Assembly (NCBI GenBank): GCA_963695095.1
Contig: CAVOFT010000001.1
Span: 3,424,001-3,488,000, forward strand
DNA length: 64,000 bases
Origin: an uncultured bacterium
GTDB taxonomy: Bacteria; Krumholzibacteriota; Krumholzibacteriia; JACNKJ01
Direction: 5' to 3'
Positions within the stretch are counted from its first letter, which is position 1. Every line of letters starts with the position of its first letter. The notes under the pieces are model-generated. The model did no database searches. It had not been told where the DNA came from and saw nothing but the letters and a program-made list of their open reading frames with translations. Below, in pieces: positions 1 through 11,927 of the stretch. A program made the position numbers and the translations under genes.

Positions 1-461
1 TGGGGGAAGAGCGGCGAGGAGAGCGCGCGCAGTTCCGAGTGCCGGATGAGGCCGCCCTGGTGGGCTGTCCAGGCCAGCAGCCAGCTCAGGACGAGGGCCG
101 CCGCGAGCAGGGTCCAGCGCAGCCAGGGGGCGGGCCGCTCGCCCTGGAGATGCTGCAGCAGGGCCAGCAGCGCGGCGAGGCCGACCAGCACCGTCCCCAT
201 GAAGGCGCCCTTGCCCAGGGCGCCATGGGCTTCGGCGAGATCGCGCTCGACGCCCGGCGGCAGGGCGAGGCTCTCGTAGGCCGCCGGGCCGGAAAAGTAG
301 GCGGCGGCAGCGGCGAGCGCCGCGAAGACGAGGAAGGCCGCGCCGGTCTGGAAGAGCGTTTCGCTCTTGGTCGGGCGCGCGAGAGCGAGCAGGACCACGG
401 CGGCCGGGCAGGCCAGCACCGGCAGGTGCACGACGAGCAGGTGGAACTGAACCGCGCTCAC
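1..461 (-). CDS. DUF2231-like integral membrane protein (3' end runs off the window)
   Basis: Not in ORF track. GTG at 461 overlaps the upstream stop (GTGA). Manual translation MSAVQFHLLVVHLPVL...AHGALG...TAHQGGLIRHSELR shows about 4 hydrophobic helices with the H-x4-HLP and GG-x-IRH-x-E pattern. Confidence 0.65.
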   Translation of the reverse strand, partial: MSAVQFHLLVVHLPVLACPAAVVLLALARPTKSETLFQTGAAFLVFAALAAAAAYFSGPAAYESLALPPGVERDLAEAHGALGKGAFMGTVLVGLAALLALLQHLQGERPAPWLRWTLLAAALVLSWLLAWTAHQGGLIRHSELRALSSPLFP

Positions 462-1435
462 CGCTTCCCGGTCCGGATGGCGTCGGCCGGGTCGACGCCC
501 TGCTCGACGGCCTCGTAGTTCAGCTCGCTGCCGCCCATGCTGTGCGGGATCAGGTAGACCGCGCTCATCACGAGGGCGCCCAGCACCACCGCCGCCCGGG
601 GGATCAGCTCCCGCCGCTTCGGCCGAAAGCCGATCACCGCGCAGGCGAAGACCCAGCTCAGCCACATGATGAGCATCTTGTTGTCAGTGAAGTCGCCGCC
701 GAAGGGGAAGCCCGTCCAGTACTCGCCGAAGGCGTGCTTCTGGACGAGGGGACCCAGCACCATGCCGCCGATCGTCATGCCGACCAGGGCCAGCCAGGAA
801 TAGCGGCGCATGCTGCTGGGCGCGACGATGGCGGCCAGGCCGGTGCGCATGCCGATGAGCACCGAGAAGAACATCATGAGGATGTGCGGGACGAGCACGC
901 CGGCCGGGACATTGTCCTTGAAGCGGATCACGACGTTGCCGGCCTCGGCTTCCGGGATGCGCAGAGGTCCCTCGCCCGCGTCCAGCTCCACGTAGTACTC
1001 GAGCTTGCCGGCCGCGGGCTGGGCGGGCAGGCGGCCGATCAGGAAGGGCTGCTCGGCCGGCTTGCCCCGGCCGCGCAGGAGATCGGCGAAGAGCCGCAGC
1101 AGGCCGCGCCGCGGCCGGGCCATCTCGTGCGCGAGCGGCGCGGCCGTGAACGCGTCGGCGGTACGGTAGCGCTTCCAGAAGAGCGTGCCGCTGGCCTGCG
1201 GGCCAGGATCGGGCAGCATCACCTGCGCGGTCGGGTTGGTCTTCACGGAGGTATCGCTGCGGATCAGCGAGTAGCCGTAGCCCTGGCCGCTCGCGATGAA
1301 GTTGCCCCGGCGCGGATAGGTGGGTCCCGTGCTCCGCTGGTAGGCCACGGCCCCGAGCATGAGCGCCAGGGCGATCACCCAGAGGAGAAGGCGCAACCAG
1401 AGCGGTTCCGTGCGATAGAACTGCGAAGCGGACAT
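458..1435 (-). CDS. Hypothetical membrane protein (N-terminal TM helix, soluble domain, 4 C-terminal TM helices)
   Basis: 325-aa ORF with hydrophobic segments, translationally coupled to the downstream gene. Confidence 0.75.
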   Translation of the reverse strand: MSASQFYRTEPLWLRLLLWVIALALMLGAVAYQRSTGPTYPRRGNFIASGQGYGYSLIRSDTSVKTNPTAQVMLPDPGPQASGTLFWKRYRTADAFTAAPLAHEMARPRRGLLRLFADLLRGRGKPAEQPFLIGRLPAQPAAGKLEYYVELDAGEGPLRIPEAEAGNVVIRFKDNVPAGVLVPHILMMFFSVLIGMRTGLAAIVAPSSMRRYSWLALVGMTIGGMVLGPLVQKHAFGEYWTGFPFGGDFTDNKMLIMWLSWVFACAVIGFRPKRRELIPRAAVVLGALVMSAVYLIPHSMGGSELNYEAVEQGVDPADAIRTGKR

Positions 1436-1532
1436 GCCGACCTGCCTGGGCTGAGGGGGGGCCGCGGGGCGGTGCCGGGCATCCTAGCCGCTGGCTGGGC
1501 CGACCGCAAGGCCCGGCCGCCGGGTCCGGTGC

Positions 1533-2234
1533 CTACCAGGGGTTGGTTGCGAAGACGGAGAACTCTGGAATGAAGCCGCGATCGTCGATCTCCAGGGCGC
1601 CGACGACGGCATCGGCGATCTCCTGCGGGCGCAGCTTCTTGTCGCTCAGCTCCTGGCTGCGCCCGAGCTTGGCGAAGAAGGCCGTCTGCACTTCGCTCGG
1701 ATTGACCTGCGTGACGCGGATGTTGTAGGTCCTCAGCTCCGCGCGCCAGCTCTCGCTCATGCCGCGCAGGGCGAACTTCGATCCCGAGTAGGCCGTGGCG
1801 AACTTGCCGCCGGCGAGCCCCGAGGTCGAACCGATGTTGACGATGTGCCCCCGCTCCTGGTCGATGAAGTGCCGCGCCGCCTCGCGCGCCATCAGCATGG
1901 CACCGGTCACGTTCGTGCGGAAGACGGCCTCGAACTTCTCGGTGGTCATGTCCACCAGCGAGAGGAAGTGCCCGAAGCCCGCGTTGTTGACGAGGATGTC
2001 CAGCCCACCCAGCCCCTCGATGGCGGCCGCGGTGACGCGCACGGCGTCCGCTTCGACGCCGACGTCGCCCGGCAGGCCGAGCACGCCCAGGGACTCCGCC
2101 GCCGCCTGCAGCTTCTTGTCGCTGCGGCCCATGATCGCCACCTGGGCGCCTTTGGCGACCAGGGCCTCGGCGATCGCATAGCCGATTCCTTCGCTGCCCC
2201 CGGTGACCAGGGCGCGCGCATCCTTCAGGTTCAT
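1533..2234 (-). CDS. Short-chain dehydrogenase/reductase (SDR)
   Basis: TGGSEGIG, NNAG and catalytic YSGSK motifs; GAGG RBS. Confidence 0.93.
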   Translation of the reverse strand: MNLKDARALVTGGSEGIGYAIAEALVAKGAQVAIMGRSDKKLQAAAESLGVLGLPGDVGVEADAVRVTAAAIEGLGGLDILVNNAGFGHFLSLVDMTTEKFEAVFRTNVTGAMLMAREAARHFIDQERGHIVNIGSTSGLAGGKFATAYSGSKFALRGMSESWRAELRTYNIRVTQVNPSEVQTAFFAKLGRSQELSDKKLRPQEIADAVVGALEIDDRGFIPEFSVFATNPW

Positions 2235-2263
2235 GGCTTCCTCTCAGGGTTCGGGGGCGCTCG

Positions 2264-4405
2264 CTACCGGACGAGCACGAGCTTGCGCAGGGCCAGCGTT
2301 CGTCCCCCCGCGCTCAGGCGCGCCAGGTAGAGGCCCGAGGCCAGGGGCCGGCCGGCGGCGTCCCGGGCCGTCCAGTCGGCGCGCTGCTCGCCCGCTGCCT
2401 GCCGACCCGCCCTCAGTGTTGACTGAAGGCGGCCGCGGATGTCCAGGATTTCCAGCCGCACGATGGCGCTTTCGGCCAGGTGGTAAACCAGGGTCGCGTG
2501 TCCGTTGACCGGATTCGGATAGGCCGCCAGGCCGAACCTGCCCGGCGGCGCGGTCGCTACGGCGGTCAGGCTCCCATCGCCCTCATAGCAGCCCAGGTCG
2601 AGCCGGCCGCCGATCAGGCGCGGGCGGCCGGCGAGATCCAGTAGAGGCAGCGCGAGCCCCGTGGTGTCGGGCGGTCCCGCATCCACGCAGGGCGAACCGG
2701 GCCCCAGCGCCCAGGGATGCTCGCCCTCGCCAAGAACCCAGGGATCGGCGCTGAAGTTGCCCTCGCCGCCGTGGGCGGTCTGGATGTCGTTGTAGCGCAC
2801 GTAGAAGGGCTTCGTGTTGATCAGCGCCGTCGCTTCGAAGTAGTTGAAGCTGTTCGCCCAGACCAGGCAGCCCGTGAGCTGGGGGCGGGCGATCATCGCC
2901 ACCAGCGTCGCGGCGCGATCGACGATCTGGGGATTGTGGTCCACGTTGGCCACCACCGTCGAGGCCACGAGGCGCGGCATCGCCTCCAGGCAATAGAGCG
3001 CGCCCCCCGCCACGAAGGCGTGATTCGCTTCGAGCAGGCAGCCGACCACCTGCGGCTGGGCGTAGTGCGAGCAGTAGAGCGCGCCGCCGTAGTCCGCCGC
3101 GTTCTCGCGCAGGATGCAGTTCTCCACTCGATGATCGCCGCCGCCGGCAAAGCTCAGCGCGCCGCCGGGAGCGCCGGGGCCCAGACCCTTCGCGTGCTCG
3201 ATGACGCAATAGGCAAGCTGCGAGGGGCCCTGATCGGCCGGCGGAAAGGGAAAACGCAGGCCGGCCCAGGCGCCGGCCGTGCTGGAGTCCGGCGCGAAGC
3301 GCCAGGGCTGGGCGCTGTCGAAGTGGATGCGCCGGGCGGGCTCGCCCTGGGCAAGGAGCCGCCCCAGCACCGTGAGCGCGTGGAAGCCCGCGAATTCCAC
3401 GCGCACGCCGGGCATCACGCGCAGGGTGGCGCCCGCGGGCACGAGGACCTCGGCCGTCACGCGCACGGTGTCGGCATCCCAGACCGTCTCGCTCCTCACC
3501 GGAAGCGCTCCGCCCACGCAGACGAGACCCGGGCGCCCTGCGGCCGGCGCCGGATGCGCAGCCGGCGGTACCGGAGCGCCGGGCTGCGGGCCGGGGAAGC
3601 TCAGGCAGCCATAGCCCGCCGCGGGCGAGCCCGGCTGCAGGCGGAAGTCGCCGTGCTCGGGATCGACGAGCAGGGGATCCGTGCCGATGCGATTGTCGTG
3701 GGGCGCTTGCCCGGCAGCCTGCCAGGCGTAAGGCTCGAATCAGCCGTACTCTCACAGAAAGCCGAAATGCAGCAGCGGATCGCCGTTCTCTCGCGGATTG
3801 CTGCGAAAGCTCCAGTTCTCGTGCACCGTGGCGGTCCCCGCCAGGCTGAGCGCGACGTTCAAACCGGTCTGCAGCCACTCCATCGGATAGCCGTTGTCGA
3901 AGACCCAATCGGGGCCGGTCGCCAGCGCGTCGACGATGAGGTTGCGCTCGACGAGCAGCCCGTCACCCGTGCGCTGCAGGCGCAGGGCATAGTCGTGGGG
4001 CCGATAGAAGGTCACCTGCCGCACGGAGCCGCGCGGCTGGCGGTCCACCTCGTAATCGAGGCCCCGATAGCGCAGGGAGCCGCCGATGATCACGCAATCC
4101 TCGACGTCCAGGCGGTTCGGGCAGTAGGAGATGCTGAGCTGGCTGCCGGCCAGGTCCAGCACGGCGCCATTGCCCAGGATCTTCACGTCCAGGCCCGCCT
4201 CGCCGGAGTAGCTCGTGCTCTCGGGGATCAGGATCGGTCCGATCTGCAGGCCGCCCGTGTAAACGACCCCGGGCTCCAGGATGAGCAGCTTGTCGTAGCC
4301 TGCGCCCGGTGACGCGGCGTCGAAGGCGGCGCGCAGGGTGCCGGCGGCGGCAGTGGCGGCCGCGCCCAGGAGGAGGGCAAGGCTGAACGCGAGCAGGCGA
4401 GTCAT
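2264..4405 (-). CDS. Secreted right-handed beta-helix protein with C-terminal FlgD-Ig/T9SS-like domain, containing two in-frame TGA codons (candidate selenoprotein, 713 aa)
   Basis: Track ORFs 3752..4405 (signal peptide MTRLLAFSLALLLGAAATAAAG) and 2264..3517 are in the same frame. They are separated only by TGA 3752-3754 and TGA 3740-3742. The intervening sequence encodes DPLLVDPEHGDFRLQPGSP. The C-terminus has YPNPVN...LASGLYLARL. Confidence 0.7.
3709..3727 (-). promoter_or_regulatory. Candidate bacterial SECIS hairpin
   Basis: GCCUGGCA-GGC-UGCCGGGC: 8-bp stem with one U-G pair and a G-rich apical loop, 20 nt after the second UGA and 32 nt after the first. Confidence 0.55.
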
Positions 4406-4571
4406 GGGGCCTCGGGCGCTGCGGTGAGGTTCGAGTATATCACGCTGCCCGGCCGGTGGCGACATGGGGAGGGCCTGGCCCGCGGCGGGAAGCGCTGGGG
4501 CATCGACAGCCGGCGGGCGAGCCGCTATGCTCCCGCCTTCCCTTGCCCGGCGCCCTGCGGAGATCCTGCGC

Positions 4572-5453
4572 GTGAAACTGAAAGCCGACCTGCTACTGCT
4601 CCTGGCCGCCGCCATCTGGGGCTTCGCCTTCGTCGCCCAGCGCGCCGGCATGGCGCACCTGGGCCCGCTCACCTTCAACGCGCTGCGCTTCGGCCTGGGC
4701 GCGGCGGTGCTCGCGCCCTTCCTCGTCGGCGCCCGCCGCCACGGCTTCCTGGCCGCGCTGCCGGGCGGGGCCCAGGCCGGCCTCGCCCTCTTCATCGGCG
4801 CCTCGCTGCAGCAGTGGGGCCTGGTGCACACGAGCGCGGGCAAGGCGGGCTTCATCACCGGGCTCTACGTGATCATCGTGCCCGTGCTCGGCATCCTCGA
4901 GGGTCGGCGCACGGGCTGGGGCACCTGGCTGGGGGCGCTCTGCGCGATCGCCGGGCTCTACCTGCTCAGCGTCCGCAGCGACCGGCGCATGGACTACGGG
5001 GAGATGATGGTGACGGCCGGGGCGCTGCTGTGGGCGATCCACGTGCTCATCATCGCCCGCTGGACGCCGCGCCACGACGCCCTGACCCTCGCCGGCCAGC
5101 AGTTCGCCGTCGTCGCCCTGCTCAGCGCCGCCGCCGCCCTGCTCAGGGAGCGCGGCGCTCACTTCGATCTGGCGGGCGCGGCCCTGCCCGTCCTCTACGC
5201 GGGCCTGCTCTCGACGGCCATCGCCTTCACGCTCCAGGTCGTCGCCCAGCGCCAGGCGCCGCCCGCGCACGCGGCCCTGCTGCTCAGCCTCGAGGCTGTC
5301 TTCGCTGCCCTCGGCGGCTGGTGGCTGCTCGGCGAGACGCTCTCCCGCCGCGGCCTGGCCGGCTGCGCGCTGATGCTCGCGGGCATGCTGGCCTCGCAGC
5401 TGCTGGGTCGGCCCCGGCGCGCCCGGACGGAAATGGCGCGGGGCGCGCCCTGA
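4572..5453 (+). CDS. EamA/DMT family transporter
   Basis: About 10 TM helices; IWGFAFVAQR, AGFITGLYV and LSLEAVFA motifs; GTG start at 4572 inferred. Confidence 0.9.
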   Translation: MKLKADLLLLLAAAIWGFAFVAQRAGMAHLGPLTFNALRFGLGAAVLAPFLVGARRHGFLAALPGGAQAGLALFIGASLQQWGLVHTSAGKAGFITGLYVIIVPVLGILEGRRTGWGTWLGALCAIAGLYLLSVRSDRRMDYGEMMVTAGALLWAIHVLIIARWTPRHDALTLAGQQFAVVALLSAAAALLRERGAHFDLAGAALPVLYAGLLSTAIAFTLQVVAQRQAPPAHAALLLSLEAVFAALGGWWLLGETLSRRGLAGCALMLAGMLASQLLGRPRRARTEMARGAP

Positions 5454-5486
5454 GGACGCGCCCCGTCGCCGCGGCCGCCGCACGGC

Positions 5487-6527
5487 CTAGAAGAGTCGAT
5501 AGTTGAAGCCCAGCGACAGGGTCTGCTTGAACTGCCCCGCCTTGCGCACGGCGGCGCCGACGGCGCCCGCGTTGAGCAATTCGCCCCCCTCGCCCAGCTC
5601 GGGCTTCACGCTGTTGTCGTACTTGTCGTAGGCCCAGCGCAGGTAGAGGTTCACGACGATGTGCTTGGTGATCGCCGCCGTGAAGATGTTCTCCCAGTCG
5701 ATGTCCAGCGCGGTGCTGAAGTCGGCGAGATCGGGATCCAGGCCGGCAAGGGCAAGGTCGGCATCCGTCAGGTCGCTCTTACCCGAGAAGAAGAGGGGCT
5801 GGTAGAAGCCGAGCTTGGCCGTCCAGGCCACCCTGTCCTCCAGGATGCGCGTCTTGTAGTCGGTGATCAGCTCCAGGCCGCCGTCGGTGGTGCCGTCGGC
5901 GCTGGTCGCGTCGTCGAGGCCGTCGCTGGCATCCGTGTCCGTGTAGACGCTGCGGCGGCTCTGGCGCAGCGTGAAGCCCAGGCGGCTGAGCAGGCTGCGC
6001 TCCTCCTCGTTGATGAACTGGCGGGCGACACCCGCCGACTCCTTGAACTGCAGCGGATTGAGAAAGAGGCTGCGGCCGTGGGCGTCGCTCGCGTCCAGGA
6101 ACTGGCTCTCCATCCGCCCGGAGACGAAGGGATCGACGTAGCCGCCCAGCGTGAATCGCAGTGTGCTTTCCAGGTCGACGAGGTCCGTGGACTTCTCGGG
6201 CTTGTCCCAGTTGCGCTCGCCGGGCTGACCGCTCTGCTGATGCGTCTCGCCGAAGGCGAGCTTGAGCTGGCTCAGCCAGTTGACCTTCGGGCTCATCTGG
6301 CTCTCGAGGGCGCCGTTGAAGTTCCCGGTCCAGATCAGCGAGCCCTTGTCGCCGCCGCGCCAGTTGTCGCTGTAGGCGCTCTGCGTGACATTGAGGCCGA
6401 TCTCCGCGGACTTGTAGACCTTGCCCAGCTCGAGCACCCGCTCCTTGCCTTCCGCAGCGAGGGCGCTCGACGCCGCCAGCAGCAGCGCGAGCGCGGCAGT
6501 CCCCCGACCAGTGATGATCCTGCGCAT
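5487..6527 (-). CDS. DUF3078-like outer-membrane beta-barrel protein
   Basis: Signal peptide, [12 protein letters not shown] motif, C-terminal [25 protein letters not shown] before ATG 6527. Confidence 0.75.
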   Translation of the reverse strand: MRRIITGRGTAALALLLAASSALAAEGKERVLELGKVYKSAEIGLNVTQSAYSDNWRGGDKGSLIWTGNFNGALESQMSPKVNWLSQLKLAFGETHQQSGQPGERNWDKPEKSTDLVDLESTLRFTLGGYVDPFVSGRMESQFLDASDAHGRSLFLNPLQFKESAGVARQFINEEERSLLSRLGFTLRQSRRSVYTDTDASDGLDDATSADGTTDGGLELITDYKTRILEDRVAWTAKLGFYQPLFFSGKSDLTDADLALAGLDPDLADFSTALDIDWENIFTAAITKHIVVNLYLRWAYDKYDNSVKPELGEGGELLNAGAVGAAVRKAGQFKQTLSLGFNYRLF

Positions 6528-6778
6528 TGTCGTCCTCCTTGGTCCACTGCCCCGCCGCCCAGCATCCCGAGGCAAGCCGCAATCCGCGGCCGTCTTGTTT
6601 CTATGATGAAAACACCGGCCCCAGCGCCGCCGGTCGGGTCAATCTAGGCCCGAGACTCGGCCTGTCAAGGTCAGCCCGGCGGCGATGGTTGCTTTCCGGC
6701 TGCAGACTGCGTAGACTCCCGCCCGCTTTGCGGGTGACTATTACTTTCGAGCGATTGCAATCCCGAGGAGGGAGCCGA

Positions 6779-7177
6779 ATGAGCATGATGAGCGAGTTCA
6801 AGGCCTTCGCGATGAAGGGCAACGTGATGGACATGGCGGTGGGCATCATCATCGGCGGCGCCTTCGGCAAGATCGTCGCCTCCTTCGTCAGGGACGTGTT
6901 GATGCCCCCCATCGGCATGATGCTGGGCGGGGTCGACTTCACGAAGCTCGCCTTCACCATGAAGGCGGCCACCGCCGAGGTGCCGGCGGTGACGCTCAAC
7001 TACGGTACCTTCATTCAGGCGGTCGTCGACTTCCTCATCATCGCCTTCGCGGTCTTCATGATGGTCAAGCAGATGAACCGCTTGAAGAAGCAGGAGGAGG
7101 CCGCTCCGGCAGCGCCGCCCGCGCCCTCCAACGAAGAGGTCCTGCTCACGCAGATTCGCGACTTGCTGAAGAAGTAA
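6779..7177 (+). CDS. mscL: Large-conductance mechanosensitive channel
   Basis: [28 protein letters not shown]...LLTQIRDLL. Confidence 0.97.
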   Translation: MSMMSEFKAFAMKGNVMDMAVGIIIGGAFGKIVASFVRDVLMPPIGMMLGGVDFTKLAFTMKAATAEVPAVTLNYGTFIQAVVDFLIIAFAVFMMVKQMNRLKKQEEAAPAAPPAPSNEEVLLTQIRDLLKK

Positions 7178-7274
7178 CGGAGCCCACGGCCCGGCCGCCC
7201 CTGCTCCGGAGGGCTAGGCTTGCGCTGCGGTTTCTGGTATAACTCCCCTGATCCTGAGTGGAGGGAGGAGACCG

Positions 7275-8780
<1,506 letters not shown>

Positions 8781-8864
8781 GCGGCTCTTCAGCCGCGGCG
8801 ACGGGGGATGGCCGCCGGGGCCTTTCGCCGGCCAGGCACTTGCCGAGGGACCAGCCGCCGCCCC

Positions 8865-9248
8865 CTAGTTCAAGCTGTGGGGGGTGGCCAGGGTGAAGAC
8901 GGGAATCGACGCCTCGAACTCGCTGCCGTCGTCCCGCTGCATCAGGTAGCTGCCGCGCATCGAACCCAGCGGGGTCGGCAGCGGGCAGAAGCTGCTGTAG
9001 CTGAAGGACTCGTTCGGCTCCAGCCGCGGCTGCTCGCCGACCACGCCGGCGCCGCGCACTTCCTGCACGCGGCCGGCCGCATCCGTGATGACCCAGTGCC
9101 GAGCGATGAGTCGCGCCGCGGCGTCGCCGCTATTGTGAATGCGGATGCGGTAGGCGAAGAAGTAGTAGCCCTCCTCGGGCGCCGAGCGCTCGGGCAGGTA
9201 GACGCCCTCGGCTTCCACCCGGATGCCGCCATCGTCGCGGACACTCAT
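8865..9248 (-). CDS. apaG: ApaG family protein
   Basis: YFFAYRIRIHN, RHWVITD, GAGVVGEQP, GSMRGSY; GGAGG RBS. Confidence 0.95.
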   Translation of the reverse strand: MSVRDDGGIRVEAEGVYLPERSAPEEGYYFFAYRIRIHNSGDAAARLIARHWVITDAAGRVQEVRGAGVVGEQPRLEPNESFSYSSFCPLPTPLGSMRGSYLMQRDDGSEFEASIPVFTLATPHSLN

Positions 9249-9375
9249 GCCGACCTCCTCGCTCCTTGGCTCCGCCACGCCCCGGTCCCGGGGGCGCGCC
9301 GATCCGGGCGCGGGCGACCTCGCGGGGGCGCAGGCGCCCCACCGCTTTCTCGCCCTTCCCGATCGGGGCTCGGAT

Positions 9376-9391
9376 TGGAATGCCCCTTGCT
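9376..9391 (+). promoter_or_regulatory. Sigma54 (-24/-12) promoter of the pilin operon
   Basis: TGGAATGCCCCTTGCT = GG-N10-GC, about 60 nt before the pilin ATG. Confidence 0.65.
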
Positions 9392-9453
9392 GTGCCCCGA
9401 CCGGCGCCGCCAGCGGCGACGCCCAACCGATTCCATCAAACGGAGGATGGTCG

Positions 9454-10122
9454 ATGTCTCCCACTAAGCGCAATGCCGGTTTCACCTTGATCGAGGTCAT
9501 CATCGCCGTGGCCCTGGTCGCCATCATGGCCGTGGCCATCGCGCCGCCGCTGGTCCAGAACATCAAGCAGGGCAAGATCACTCGCGCCCAGAGCGATGTT
9601 CAGGCCATCAGCACCGCGATCCTGAGCTTCTACAAGGACGTCGGCGACTGGCCGACCACCTCGCCCACTGGCGGTGCCCTCAACCGCCTGGTCGGCAACT
9701 ATGCCCTGGGCGGCGGCAACAATGGCATCCCGGCTGGCTCGAATGCGGTCACCGGCGCGGGCCGCTGGCGGAATTATGGCCAGGCAGGCACGCTGACCGA
9801 GTACCTCATTCGCAACCAGGCCGCCGGCAATGCCGAGCTCTACCGCATCAGCCGCAATCCCATGAGCACTCCCGGCTGGAACGGGCCCTACCTCTCGGAG
9901 GTCACCCTGGACCCCTGGGGCAGTCCCTACTGCGTGAACGTCCGCTACGGGCAGGCCGCGCTCTCGGGCACGGCCACCGCGAACTACGACATGCACAATT
10001 TGATCATCGTCTCGGCGGGGCCGAACAAGATCTTCGAAACGGCCTTCGACGACAACGTCTTCGACGAGCAGGCCGGCGGCGACGACATCGCCTACATCAT
10101 CCAGCGCGCCAGCCGCTACTAG
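9454..10122 (+). CDS. Type IV pilin / GspG-like major pseudopilin
   Basis: Prepilin cleavage site G|FTLIE, hydrophobic helix, WNGPYL...DPWGSPY and SAGPN...GDDI motifs. Confidence 0.9.
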   Translation: MSPTKRNAGFTLIEVIIAVALVAIMAVAIAPPLVQNIKQGKITRAQSDVQAISTAILSFYKDVGDWPTTSPTGGALNRLVGNYALGGGNNGIPAGSNAVTGAGRWRNYGQAGTLTEYLIRNQAAGNAELYRISRNPMSTPGWNGPYLSEVTLDPWGSPYCVNVRYGQAALSGTATANYDMHNLIIVSAGPNKIFETAFDDNVFDEQAGGDDIAYIIQRASRY

Positions 10123-10250
10123 GCAGCAAGCGAGCGACCTCCTCCCTCCGCCCGCCCCGGCGCCTACGCGCCGGGGCTCAGGCGGATCGAGGGCAGCCCG
10201 CTCGCGGCGGTGCCGCCGTCGTCGCGAGCGAACGCAGGCAGGGAGTAGCG

Positions 10251-11927
10251 ATGGAGACCAAGAGCGCGGGTCGCCTCGGCGAAATCCTCCTCGCGGCCGG
10301 CTTGATCAGCCCCGAGCACCTCGAGCTGGCGTTGCGCGAACAGGGGCAGACCGGCGAGAAGCTGGGCGCCATCCTGCAGCGGCTGGGCGTGGTCACCGAG
10401 AAGGAGATCGCGCGCATCCTCGCCAGCCAGGCGGGCGTGCCCCACGTCTCCTTGCGCGAGGAGTGGATCCAGCGCGAGGCCGTGGACCTGATCCCGCCCA
10501 GCTTCGCCGAGCAGGAGCGGGTCTTCCCCATCACCATCCGCGGCAAGACCCTCGTGCTCGCGATGGCGAATCCCCTCGACCTCGAGTGCATCGACGCCGC
10601 CGGCCGGCTGACCGGACACTACATCGAGGTGGTCCATGCCACCGATAGCGACATCCAGGCGACGCTGCAGCAGTACTTCGGCAGCCGCAGCGACATCGAC
10701 GCCCGCATCGACCAGGCCCTGGCCTCGTCGCGGGCGAACCTCGCGGCCGGCGCTCGCGCCGCCGACGGCGACTCCCCCTTCGTGCGCCTGGTCGACCTGC
10801 TGCTGGGCAAGGCGGTCGAGCTGGGCGCCACCGACATCCATGTCGAGCCGGAGGAAAAGGTCATCCGTTGCCGCTACCGCATCGACGGCCGGCTGCGGCA
10901 AGGCCATTCGCTGCCCAAGGAGCTGCAGAGCGTCCTCATCACGCGCTTCAAGATCCTGGCCGGCATGAACATCTCCGAGGCGCGCGTGCCGCAGGACGGG
11001 CGCATCCTCTTCGAGCACGAGGGGCGCAAGATCGACCTGCGCGTGTCCTCCTTCCCCACCGTGCACGGCGAGACCTTCGTCGCCCGCCTGCTCGACAAGC
11101 AGAACCTGCTGGTCGGCATCCAGGGGCTCGGCATGAGCAAGAAGATGCTCCCGGCCTTCACGCGTGATCTGGCGCGGCCCAATGGCATCATCCTGGTAAC
11201 GGGGCCCACGGGCTCCGGCAAGACCACCACGCTCTACTCGGCGATGCAGCACCTCAACGCCCCCGACGTGAAGATGATCACCCTGGAGGACCCGGTCGAG
11301 TACGAGTTGCCCCTGATCAACCAGGGCCAGATCCAGACCGCCCAGGGCTTCACCTTCGCCCGCGGCCTGCGCGCGATCTTGCGCCAGGACCCGGACATCA
11401 TCCTGGTGGGCGAGATCCGCGATCAGGAGACGGCCAGCCTTGCGATTCGCGCGGCGCTGACGGGGCACCTCGTCTTCAGCACCCTGCATACGAATGACGC
11501 GGTGGGCGTCATCCCCCGCCTCGTCGACATGGGGGTGGAGCCCTATCTGCTCTCGGCCACCCTGGTCGCCGTGGTGGCCCAGCGCCTCGTGCGCGGCGTC
11601 TGCCCGGTCTGCCGCGTCAGCATCGAGCCCACGCCCGAGCAGCGCGAGCTGCTGGGCCTGGACGACGCGGCGCTCGCGGATGCCACCTTCACCGCCGGCA
11701 AGGGCTGCCCAAGCTGCAACGATTCCGGCTACAAGGGCCGTCTGGCCGTCTTCGAGTACCTGCAGGCGACCGAGCCGGTGCGCCGCATGATCGCCGAGCG
11801 CGCCCCCACGGACGCCATCGTGGCGGTGGCGCGTGAGCAGGGCATGCGCAGTCTGCGCGAGGACACCCTGGCCAAGGTGCTGCGCGGCAAGACCACGCTC
11901 GTCGAGATGATGCGGGTCGTGGCATGA
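10251..11927 (+). CDS. GspE/PilB/MshE assembly ATPase with N-terminal MshEN domain
   Basis: RLGEILLAAGLISPEHLELALREQ, Walker A GPTGSGKT, EDPVEY, LRQDPDIILVGEIRD, CxxC zinc motifs. Confidence 0.95.
   Translation: METKSAGRLGEILLAAGLISPEHLELALREQGQTGEKLGAILQRLGVVTEKEIARILASQAGVPHVSLREEWIQREAVDLIPPSFAEQERVFPITIRGKTLVLAMANPLDLECIDAAGRLTGHYIEVVHATDSDIQATLQQYFGSRSDIDARIDQALASSRANLAAGARAADGDSPFVRLVDLLLGKAVELGATDIHVEPEEKVIRCRYRIDGRLRQGHSLPKELQSVLITRFKILAGMNISEARVPQDGRILFEHEGRKIDLRVSSFPTVHGETFVARLLDKQNLLVGIQGLGMSKKMLPAFTRDLARPNGIILVTGPTGSGKTTTLYSAMQHLNAPDVKMITLEDPVEYELPLINQGQIQTAQGFTFARGLRAILRQDPDIILVGEIRDQETASLAIRAALTGHLVFSTLHTNDAVGVIPRLVDMGVEPYLLSATLVAVVAQRLVRGVCPVCRVSIEPTPEQRELLGLDDAALADATFTAGKGCPSCNDSGYKGRLAVFEYLQATEPVRRMIAERAPTDAIVAVAREQGMRSLREDTLAKVLRGKTTLVEMMRVVA

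Noticed and set aside
3740..3754. UGA reassigned genome-wide to Trp or Gly
   Set aside because: Many genes here end in TGA, often overlapping the next start codon, and Trp is encoded by TGG throughout.
9454..10122. Conductive e-pilin linked to the cytochrome cluster
   Set aside because: It is a 222-aa GspG-like pilin with a full head domain, not a short Geobacter-type pilin.
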